A DNA stretch of 14,634 bases from a bacterium (lineage in GTDB: Bacteria > SZUA-182 > DTGQ01 > JAFGSM01). The stretch is taken from positions 1 to 14,634 of the forward strand of contig JBLIRN010000067.1 in the NCBI GenBank assembly GCA_049472315.1. Reading direction: 5' to 3'. Below are positions 1-7,078 of this stretch, one piece after another. The first letter of the stretch is position 1. Every line of letters starts with the position of its first letter. Under the pieces are notes generated by a model. That model searched no databases, had not been told where the DNA came from, and worked only from the letters and a program-made list of their open reading frames with translations. A program made the position numbers and the translations under genes.

Positions 1-131
1 ATGAGTATTTCACCTGAAAATCGTCGTAAATTTTCATGCCCCTTTGTGCCGACACAGTCGGCATGCGGGTTTCACCTGAAAATCCCCTTTGGGCATTTTC
101 ATCCCCCTTTGTGAATCGGAGATTCATGAGT
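1..131. repeat. Tandem ~62-bp palindromic repeat array (2 full units plus start of a third; may continue left of the window)
   Basis: TTTCACCTGAAAATC at 8-22 and 70-84; ATTTTCAT(G/C)CCCCTTTGTG at 30-48 and 95-113; ATGAGT/ATGCGG/ATGAGT at 1, 63 and 126. TGAAAAT/ATTTTCA are inverted repeats. The variable parts fold as hairpins: TGCCGAC-ACA-GTCGGCA (47-63) and TGAATC-GGA-GATTCA (112-126). Confidence 0.85.
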
Positions 132-134
132 CCA

Positions 135-386
135 TCATTTATACCCTTCGGTAAAACCCTTTTCCGTGGCTTCTTTTATCTTTTGCTCCGTAAGGATCTT
201 TTTCTTTTTATACTTGTTGAAGATTCCCTGAAGTTTTTCTATGCCCAGATCCTCCTTAATGGGAATGATTTTTATTCCGTCCTTTTCTTCGATTACATCC
301 ACCTTTTCACCAATCTTAATTCCATATTTTTTTCTTAGATTTACGGGTATAACGACTTGACCCTTATTAAATACCTTTGCGTGCAT
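135..386 (-). CDS. AbrB/MazE/SpoVT-family DNA-binding protein (type II antitoxin-like), 83 aa
   Basis: N-terminus MHAKVFNKGQVVIPVNLRKKYGIKIGEKV matches the swapped-hairpin AbrB signature (KGQvvIP..lR..lgi..Gd.v). AAGGAG RBS lies upstream of the ATG on the - strand. AT-rich relative to the rest of the window. Confidence 0.9.
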   Translation of the reverse strand: MHAKVFNKGQVVIPVNLRKKYGIKIGEKVDVIEEKDGIKIIPIKEDLGIEKLQGIFNKYKKKKILTEQKIKEATEKGFTEGYK

Positions 387-398
387 GTGTCGGTCTCC

Positions 399-441
399 TT
401 TGTTATACTTACTAGTATAACAAAAATCATAACCCTGTCAA
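399..441 (-). promoter_or_regulatory. Sigma70 promoter with overlapping palindromic operator for the antitoxin gene
   Basis: - strand TTGACA (441-436), 16 nt, TATACT (419-414), with an extended TGn motif. A perfect 11-bp inverted repeat TTTGTTATACT-TACT-AGTATAACAAA (399-424) covers the -10, typical of TA autorepression. Confidence 0.8.
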
Positions 442-820
442 GAACGTGTCCTTTTTTGTCTCTATCTCCTATTTTTGACCCCTCAGGCAAGGTTAGATGT
501 ACTTATCCCGATACCCCGGAGTCCAGGGAAACCGAATCGCATTCGCGTCTATTACTATGTAAAGGGAACATGTTTTCGGATCACCGTGTGAAGGATCTAC
601 ATGCATGTATTTTCCGTTGTTTCTTTAGCAACGGAGCAACATCACGACAATGGCCATCAACGTTTAGGCAGGTATTGATCATATCCGACATGATATGTTC
701 ACACGTCCGATTCCGGCAATACCGGGGGGAGGGAATCATGGCAATTTTGAGATTATAAGTTCAGTGCTGAAGGCACATCGTATGAGGTTTAATGAATTGT
801 ATCTAAAAGGAGGGAGCACC

Positions 821-1468
821 ATGAAAAGGGAACATATTTTCGAGAATAATTTTAACAGATTCATTGTCTATTCTGTATGCATAATTGTGACGTTCATATC
901 CTTTTTGGCATTATCCTCGAATATTTCTGCACAGGATTACAATTTGTCTTACCTGCAGCATGAATGGGGACTGTTGCCGGTGATGTCGTATCAATATTCC
1001 CCTACCGATGTAGTTTTTGATTATGATCAGTACATTTCCCGGGTGGAACCTTTGAATCCAGGGATGGCAACGGCGCTATATACATATTCCCACTTGTCCG
1101 GCGCAGGTCTGCAAAACACATATCTATACAATGTGTATACGAATCCTGGTGTCTCAGCAACTCCGGCTCGGTTACGCAACACGGTTTTTGAATTCTGGAT
1201 GAACACAAGCGGGCAATCAGGCAATCCCGGTTCCGGAACGAACATCTGGTTTCCTCAATCACCTAGTCGCAGCAAACCGTCTCCCTCACCCCGAATGCCG
1301 TTTCCGATTCCTGATTATTGGGGTTTCTCGGGGTCTCCGATCGGGCCGAGTATATATATGGATACCACATGGACTTCAATAGGAGGAGGCCTTTCCTCTC
1401 CTTCTGTTGGTCTGTGGTCTCCACAAGGCGGCTACGGTCTGGGGTCTATGAGCGGCATGTCCTTTTAA
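821..1468 (+). CDS. Hypothetical secreted protein, 215 aa, Ser/Gly/Pro/Tyr-rich
   Basis: Strong RBS (AAGGAGGGAG) just before ATG 821, preferred over the track start at 695. Basic N-terminus, hydrophobic core FIVYSVCIIVTFISFLAL and a likely signal-peptidase site ISA/Q. No family recognised. Confidence 0.75.
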   Translation: MKREHIFENNFNRFIVYSVCIIVTFISFLALSSNISAQDYNLSYLQHEWGLLPVMSYQYSPTDVVFDYDQYISRVEPLNPGMATALYTYSHLSGAGLQNTYLYNVYTNPGVSATPARLRNTVFEFWMNTSGQSGNPGSGTNIWFPQSPSRSKPSPSPRMPFPIPDYWGFSGSPIGPSIYMDTTWTSIGGGLSSPSVGLWSPQGGYGLGSMSGMSF

Positions 1469-1651
1469 TCTCTATCAGCGCAGGCAGGATGGCAGGGCTT
1501 GGCGCGTTTGGAATGATATCGGATGTTGATTAAGAATTTAAAACAAGTGGGTCCGGACGGGTATACAGCGGGGTGTATGCAATTGCGCATCGTGATAATG
1601 AGGTAAAATCCCGATGGCCTTATTGACCGGCAGCCTCCTGGTAAGATTTTT

Positions 1652-1693
1652 GAGGGCGGCGGATGTTTCGCCGCCCTCTCTTTGTTTTTATTT
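1652..1693 (+). terminator. Intrinsic terminator
   Basis: Perfect 10-bp stem GAGGGCGGCG (1652-1661) / CGCCGCCCTC (1669-1678) followed by TCTTTGTTTTTATTT. Confidence 0.75.
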
Positions 1694-2016
1694 GCGTCGT
1701 TTCTCCTCACTCCATGATACCTCCTTTTTTTCGGAAGGTATCCATCGATAATCTTTCCGGACCGGACACCATACATTGAAAAATAAGGAATCGATCGGCT
1801 CAAGGGTTCCTGTCAAGGGCTCCCTGTCGTGCCATGGCAATAGAACAATCCATAGATAACGGACGATACTATATGTATCTATTATGGAAGGTTATAGGGC
1901 GTATGCCCGCAATGCTTCACCTTTCCATGGGAAGGAATCATGATCCTTGATGGCGGCCCATTTATTGTTGGAATTTCAATTGATAATCCGCGTGATCTAT
2001 TGAACAGGAGTATGTC

Positions 2017-3903
2017 ATGAATGAGCAGGAAAACCCTACACCCGGTATCCTCGGAATATGGAGCAACATGAAGCTCATACATAAGCTCGCGTTTTGCAAT
2101 ATCGGCTTTATGGTCGTCATTACATTGGCTATTATATTTACCATTAATAAAACTATACATGACAATATGGCAGGTGCCAAGAAGGCGACGGTGGAGCATG
2201 CCCTCGCCGGTGTGGAGCATGAAATTCATGAGCGCAAGGACATATTGGAGAAATTTGCCCGATACGTCTCCGCGAGCGGAGGGATTGTGAATGCCATACC
2301 CCCCTCCTTCCGCGCCGAGGAATCCAACCGGGTACAACGGGAGATCCTGGAGCTTCAGAAGGGGATCGATGTGGAACGGATTACCCTTTGCCGACCTCAC
2401 GGAGGAGACGGACTCACGGTTGTTGCCTGTACCACAGGTGAGAAAAGATTGGGGGGCCTGATCCCCATGCACCCGCTGTGCAGGGAGGCGGAGAAAAATG
2501 CCGTTGCCTCGGGATTCCTTCTCGAAGGCCGGCAATTCATCCTCAAGGTATGCAGCGTCATTCAAAAAGGCGGAGACACGATCGCCTACCTGGTTATCGA
2601 TGACATTCTCGATGCCGATCTGGCACAGGAGATCGAGACCTCCACGGGCGCCCGGATCGCCCTTTTGATGCATACCGAACCCAATGCGGCACAGGTGGTA
2701 ACCTCTGCATACAGTGAGCTGATAGGGCGGCAGATAGGGGGCGAAGGCCTGGACGAGGTGCGTTCAACCGAACAGACGGCCTATCAGCCGGATTTCGAGG
2801 TTGGGGGCGATGTTCATATGGCTGCGTATAGGCCTTTGCGCGGCGTCCATGACGAGGTGATCGGAACCCTGATGGTGCTCATGCCCATGGGCGATGTTAT
2901 CGGATTGAAGGGTAACACCATGAAGGCCATGGCTACGATCGGTGTGCTTGCCCTGATCATAGGCATGGTCATCAATGTCATGCTGGTTGTGCATATCGCC
3001 GCTCCGCTCAAGAGTCTTCTTTCGACTGCCCAGGCAATCGGAAAGGGGAATCTGACCCAGAGGGCCACAATGAATCATGGCAACGACGAGATCGGTCAGT
3101 TATCAAATGCCTTCAGCCGGATGCAGGCGAATCTCGTCAGCATGGTCACACAGATCGGGAACAGCATTGAATTATTGGAATCCTCGTCGGTTGAGCTTTC
3201 TGCGTCCAGCAGACAGCAGGCGGATGGATCGATGCAGCAGGCGGCGGCCTTGACTGAAACCTCAACAACGGTGGAGGAACTGGCGGCAACGTCAAACCAG
3301 ATCGCCGTGAGTGCCGAGGTTGTGGCTGAGCTGGCCAAGCAGAGCCTGGCAGGCATGGAGAAGATCAGGGATAACACGGAGCAGGAGGCCAGTCGGATAC
3401 TTACCCTGGGGGAGAAGTCTCAGGCCATTGGGGATGTGGTCGCCTTGATCGACGATATTGCAAAACAGACCAATATCCTTGCATTGAATGCCACGATTGA
3501 GGCGGAGAGGGCAGGGGAGGCAGGGAAGGGTTTTGGGGTCGTGGCCATAGAGATCAGGGAACTGGCAAAGAATGTGGCAAAATCAACCAAGCAGATCAGG
3601 GAGATTATCAAGGAGATCCAGGATGCGACCAATGTCTCGGTACTGGCCACTGAAAATGTCGGCAGGGCGGTTGTGGAAGGGATCGATCTCTCGAAGCAGA
3701 CAGCACAATCCGCCAAACAGATCAGCCTGGTAACCCAGCAGCAGGGAAACGCCTCCGAACAGGTCGTTTCCGCCATTAAACAGATGAGCGACGTGGTGGG
3801 CCAGGCAGCGGCCGGTTCACAACAGGTCGCCGATACCGCGCACAAGCTGGTGGAGGTAACCTCCGAGCAGAAAAGGCTCATCGGTCAGTTTCGAATCCGC
3901 TAA
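2017..3903 (+). CDS. Methyl-accepting chemotaxis protein (TM - extracytoplasmic Cache-like sensor - TM - HAMP - MCP signal), 628 aa
   Basis: Two TM segments, HAMP (IAAPLKSL...IGKGNLTQR...[13 protein letters not shown]) and signalling hairpin [35 protein letters not shown] upstream. Confidence 0.93.
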   Translation: MNEQENPTPGILGIWSNMKLIHKLAFCNIGFMVVITLAIIFTINKTIHDNMAGAKKATVEHALAGVEHEIHERKDILEKFARYVSASGGIVNAIPPSFRAEESNRVQREILELQKGIDVERITLCRPHGGDGLTVVACTTGEKRLGGLIPMHPLCREAEKNAVASGFLLEGRQFILKVCSVIQKGGDTIAYLVIDDILDADLAQEIETSTGARIALLMHTEPNAAQVVTSAYSELIGRQIGGEGLDEVRSTEQTAYQPDFEVGGDVHMAAYRPLRGVHDEVIGTLMVLMPMGDVIGLKGNTMKAMATIGVLALIIGMVINVMLVVHIAAPLKSLLSTAQAIGKGNLTQRATMNHGNDEIGQLSNAFSRMQANLVSMVTQIGNSIELLESSSVELSASSRQQADGSMQQAAALTETSTTVEELAATSNQIAVSAEVVAELAKQSLAGMEKIRDNTEQEASRILTLGEKSQAIGDVVALIDDIAKQTNILALNATIEAERAGEAGKGFGVVAIEIRELAKNVAKSTKQIREIIKEIQDATNVSVLATENVGRAVVEGIDLSKQTAQSAKQISLVTQQQGNASEQVVSAIKQMSDVVGQAAAGSQQVADTAHKLVEVTSEQKRLIGQFRIR

Positions 3904-3941
3904 GGCAGCGATATCTCTTGTTTGGACATAATGAACCTAGC

Positions 3942-3994
3942 TCCGCACAAGGCATTGCCACGGGATATGCCTGTGGCGGATTTTTCTTCCTTTT
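3942..3994 (+). terminator. Probable intrinsic terminator after the MCP gene
   Basis: Stem GCCACGGG-ATATG-CCTGTGGC (3957-3977), or the longer bulged stem TCCGCACAAGGCAT/ATGCCTGTGGCGGA, followed by TTTTTCTTCCTTTT. Confidence 0.6.
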
Positions 3995-4230
3995 ATCCGA
4001 CAATTCCTTTCATGCATCTTCACCCTCCTGTACGAGTCGTAGGTCCGGGATCGTTTCATCTCACAGTTACGGCAACGGTCTTTCATAGAAACCCTGATGA
4101 CGTATAAGGGCGCAAGACATGCAAACCGCCGGGTATCCCGCATCGGATAAGCCATTGTGCCGATTGCGTACCTGAAACGGATTGACAGCCGCCCGGATGC
4201 CTGAATGATGCAACCGCTTAGCGGATATGG

Positions 4231-4246
4231 AGGCATGCATCTTGCC
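4231..4246 (+). promoter_or_regulatory. Possible sigma54 (-24/-12) promoter
   Basis: AGGCATGCATCTTGCC has GG-N10-GC spacing with GGCA and TTGC cores, but lacks the T before GG. Confidence 0.35.
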
Positions 4247-4315
4247 AAAGGAGTAAGAAAATCAGCGAGATGAGCCTTCAGACTTTTGGATGTTTTGAAA
4301 GGAGGTTCGTACGTG

Positions 4316-4344
4316 TTGACTTATTCGGGTCAATAAACTATCCT
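4316..4344 (+). promoter_or_regulatory. Sigma70-type promoter of the DUF2294 gene with overlapping inverted repeat
   Basis: TTGACT (4316-4321), 17 nt, TATCCT (4339-4344), 30 nt before the start codon. Palindrome TTGAC-N8-GTCAA (4316-4333) overlaps the -35 and spacer. Confidence 0.6.
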
Positions 4345-4373
4345 ATTTCTTATGGATTTCAAGGAGATTGTCA

Positions 4374-4754
4374 ATGATGTCACGGACCAAGGGGGAAATG
4401 GAGGCCCAGATCGGCGAGGCCCTCGTACGATTCGAAAAGGAATATATGGGCCGAGGGCCCAGGGAGACAAGGACGTATATCATTGACGACATCGTCCTCG
4501 TGCGGCTGGAGGGGGTGCTTACGCCAGCAGAGGAGCAATTGGCGAAATCCGCTGAGGGGGCTGATTTAATCAAGAGGACACGGGTAAAATTGTTGGAGGG
4601 GGCACGGGTCCTTTTGGAAAGGATCATTTTTGATATTACTACCTTTCAAGTCAAGAGCCTGCATTCCGATATAAGCACCAAGACGGGTGAGAGGATTATT
4701 CTCTTTACATTGGAGGGGAATTTGGAGGAAAGGATCAGAGCAGGCGCTACGTAA
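4374..4754 (+). CDS. DUF2294 / MpsC-family protein, ~126 aa
   Basis: Characteristic motifs TKGEMEAQI..FEKEYMGRGP, LEGVLTPAE.QL, LIK..R..L.E and LHSDISTKTGERIILFTL. AAGGAG RBS at 4361-4366 favours ATG 4374 (or 4377) over TTG 4368. Confidence 0.88.
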   Translation: MMSRTKGEMEAQIGEALVRFEKEYMGRGPRETRTYIIDDIVLVRLEGVLTPAEEQLAKSAEGADLIKRTRVKLLEGARVLLERIIFDITTFQVKSLHSDISTKTGERIILFTLEGNLEERIRAGAT

Positions 4755-4787
4755 GAAAAAATGACACCTTTGGAGTACAATCAATAA

Positions 4788-4866
4788 GCAGAAATAACCT
4801 GGCAGACTGGGACAAGGACCCATACAGGGGTAGTTGTAGGGTAAGCCAGCATCGAATTTCCCGGTT
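4788..4866 (+). ncRNA. Candidate cis-regulatory RNA (aptamer/antiterminator-like fold) upstream of purC
   Basis: P1 CUGGC (4799-4803)/GCCAG (4845-4849). P2 ACCC-A-UACAG (4818-4827)/UUGUAGGGU (4834-4842). Possible pseudoknot GACUGGGA (4805-4812)/UCCCGGUU (4859-4866). P1 and the pseudoknot compete with the downstream terminator. Folded by eye, no family assigned. Confidence 0.55.
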
Positions 4867-4909
4867 CCCATCCTTTCCATGGGGGCAGGAAAAGGTGTTG
4901 GCTTTTTTT
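4843..4909 (+). terminator. Long intrinsic terminator hairpin (attenuator)
   Basis: AAGCCAGCAUC (4843-4853)/GGUGUUGGCUU (4894-4904), UUUCC (4857-4861)/GGAAA (4888-4892), GUUCCCAU (4864-4871)/AUGGGGGC (4879-4886), then T7 at 4903-4909. Confidence 0.8.
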
Positions 4910-5149
4910 GTTCAGAAAGGCATTTGACCGGGAAGGTCATGACTCCTTCGCGGGTGCCAGTGTGTATGCACGGGAGAAAGACCGGTGCGCGGGAAAAGGG
5001 CCATGGTGTGCGCGTTGAAACCATGGCTTCTTGGGAGATCTGGGCGCACACGGAAGGGGTTATGAATGCACCCAGATACGCATAGGCATGGATGTGCCGA
5101 GAGGGGCCTCGAAGGCCTGAAGAATGATCGAGATGAGGAGGTGGTTAAC

Positions 5150-6064
5150 ATGGAGGCAGATACCGTACGCCAGACCGATTTCCCGGACGTCAAATTGTTT
5201 AAGCGAGGCAAGGTGCGCGACGTGTATGATGTGCAGGATTCGCTGTTGATTGTCTCCACGGACCGGATATCCTGCTTCGACGTGGTATTGCCCACGTGCA
5301 TACCGCACAAGGGAGGCGTATTGACGCAGCTTTCGCTGTTCTGGTTTGCATTCACGCGGGACATTGTGCCCAATCATTGCATCGCCTCCGATGTACGTGA
5401 TTATCCGCAGGCACTATTGAAATATCGGGGCATTCTCGATGGCCGTTCCATGCTCGTCAAGAAGGCGAGATCCATTCCCGTGGAATGCGTGGTGCGGGGT
5501 TATCTTGCCGGTTCGGGTTGGAAGGAGTATCGGGAGAGCGGTTCGGTGTGCGGGATACCGTTGCCTGCAGGGCTCAAGGAGTCGGATAGACTACCCCAGG
5601 CCATCTTCACCCCCGCGACAAAGGAGGATGAGGGACACGATATCAATGTGTCCCAGGACCATGTGGAGAGGGAGTTGGGCAGGGAACTGACCAACACCCT
5701 GAAGGAGATAAGCCTTGCACTCTATGCACGGGCAAGCGCCTATGCGGAATCGAGGGGGATCATTATCGCCGACACCAAGTTCGAATACGGGGTATACGAA
5801 GGGCAGGTCATTCTCATCGACGAGATTCTCACCCCTGATTCATCCCGCTTCTGGCCGCGGCGGGGGTATGCCCCCGGAAAGGGTCAGGCGAGCTTCGACA
5901 AGCAGTTTGTCAGGGACTATCTTGAGGGTCTCACCTGGAACAAGACGCCTCCCGCGCCTGAGCTTCCCGCGGAGATCGTTGCAAAGACCGTTGAGAAATA
6001 CCTGACCATATTCAGACTCCTTACCGGACACGGTATGCCCGGGGTGGACCGGCAGGACCATTAG
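5150..6064 (+). CDS. purC: Phosphoribosylaminoimidazole-succinocarboxamide (SAICAR) synthase, 304 aa
   Basis: Motifs GKVRDVY, TDRISCFD, PVECVVRGYLAGSGW, FTPATK, IIADTKFEYG, LIDEILTPDSSRFW and FDKQFVRDYL. GAGGAGGT RBS before ATG 5150; the track start at 5066 is too long. Confidence 0.97.
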   Translation: MEADTVRQTDFPDVKLFKRGKVRDVYDVQDSLLIVSTDRISCFDVVLPTCIPHKGGVLTQLSLFWFAFTRDIVPNHCIASDVRDYPQALLKYRGILDGRSMLVKKARSIPVECVVRGYLAGSGWKEYRESGSVCGIPLPAGLKESDRLPQAIFTPATKEDEGHDINVSQDHVERELGRELTNTLKEISLALYARASAYAESRGIIIADTKFEYGVYEGQVILIDEILTPDSSRFWPRRGYAPGKGQASFDKQFVRDYLEGLTWNKTPPAPELPAEIVAKTVEKYLTIFRLLTGHGMPGVDRQDH

Positions 6065-6328
6065 ACGGATAAAACAGGACCAGACGGGCGCTATCCGGAA
6101 CCGGCAAACGGGGCGTGAGAAAGGTGGGCCATGGTCACATTGCATGGAGAACACATCGGTGTCCGGTCAGGAACGACACCGGCACAACTCCATTCGGGAT
6201 GGTCATGCCAGCGGTCAGGTGGAAATAGTTGATGTGCCTGTGGTATCATGAGTGTATCAATGCGCCCGGTTTGGTTGTGCGCCCGGAAGATTGAGTAATT
6301 ACCATCACCTGTTGTTCAGGAGAAAAAA

Positions 6329-6952
6329 ATGGCTGGAGAACAAGGGATAAAAAAGGTTTTGATTCTCGACGACGATAAGGTGGTCTTGAATACCTGCAGG
6401 GATATCCTGGAGGGGACGGATGTGGAGGTGGTCACGACCACGTCGGTTGAGGAATGCTTCAATATCGCCGATGGCGGTGATATCGACCTCTTTGTGACGG
6501 ACATCATGATGCCCGAACTGAACGGCGTGGAAGTGGTGAAGCGCTTGAGAGACAACAACCACCGGATGACGGTCATCGTGATCACGGGCTATCCCTCCAT
6601 GGACACTGCACGGAAGTTCATGAAACTCGGGGCCTATGACTATATCCCCAAGCCCTTTACCCCGGAGGAGTTTCGCGATGCAGTCCTGCAGGCGATCGGC
6701 AAAACGGACCCCAAAAAGGCCATGCGGGAGACACTCGTGTTGCAGATATTGGACCGCACCGCAGACGACCCTGACTTTCTGGACCGGCTTTACGTGGAGG
6801 GTTCGGATGCCCTGAAGGATTATGATATCAGCTCTGAGGCGAAGGCGGCCATCGTTTCCGGCGATGTGAAATGGATCGAGAAGAATGTCGGCAAGCTCAC
6901 GGAAAAGCAGATGCTCGTGCTCATCAAGAGGCTGGAGGCGGAAATCTGGTAG
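6329..6952 (+). CDS. Response regulator: receiver domain plus ~75-aa C-terminal helical domain of unknown function, 207 aa
   Basis: REC motifs ILDDD, VTDIMMP (phospho-Asp), ITGY and IPKPF. AGGAG RBS. No HTH, AAA+ or GGDEF output recognisable. Confidence 0.9.
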   Translation: MAGEQGIKKVLILDDDKVVLNTCRDILEGTDVEVVTTTSVEECFNIADGGDIDLFVTDIMMPELNGVEVVKRLRDNNHRMTVIVITGYPSMDTARKFMKLGAYDYIPKPFTPEEFRDAVLQAIGKTDPKKAMRETLVLQILDRTADDPDFLDRLYVEGSDALKDYDISSEAKAAIVSGDVKWIEKNVGKLTEKQMLVLIKRLEAEIW

Positions 6953-7078
6953 GCGCAGCACGATATTGAGCGATTACGAGACAGTTTACGGAGTCAGGCC
7001 CCCGTCGCACTGATCCCCATACATCTACTGGCGTGCGCAATTTTTTAATCAGAGGAATATACCAAACAGGTTGTAACC

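Noticed and set aside
2..127. - strand open frame MNLRFTKGDENAQRG... as the toxin gene
   Set aside because: It is just a translation of the repeat units, has no PIN/MazF/RelE features and no RBS.
1..131. CRISPR array
   Set aside because: The variable segments are only ~8-14 nt and self-complementary, there are two alternating conserved blocks, and no cas genes are in the window.
695..820. N-terminal extension of the secreted protein (track start 695)
   Set aside because: The strong RBS and signal peptide position point to ATG 821.
1469..1650. SAM-I riboswitch (fragments CTATCAG, CCCGATG, CCGGCAGCC)
   Set aside because: The fragments are wrongly spaced, there is no P1-P4 architecture, and no sulfur or methionine gene follows.
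4100..4205. c-di-GMP-I riboswitch (GCAAACC ... TGACAGCCG)
   Set aside because: No GNRA-capped P2 stem, no GACGCAAAG junction and no convincing P1 pairing.
1920..4883. 12-bp repeat CCTTTCCATGGG at 1920-1931 and 4872-4883
   Set aside because: Several 12-mer matches are expected by chance in 14.6 kb, and the flanks do not align.
4788..5080. ZTP or PRPP/ppGpp (ykkC) riboswitch, as expected upstream of purC
   Set aside because: The diagnostic consensus segments are absent; only a weak CACACGGAAGG resemblance at ~5047. Kept as an unassigned RNA instead.
6261..6286. Direct repeat TGCGCCCGG x2 upstream of the first response regulator
   Set aside because: Only 9 bp, GC-rich, 17-bp period; no DNA-binding regulator in the window to link it to.
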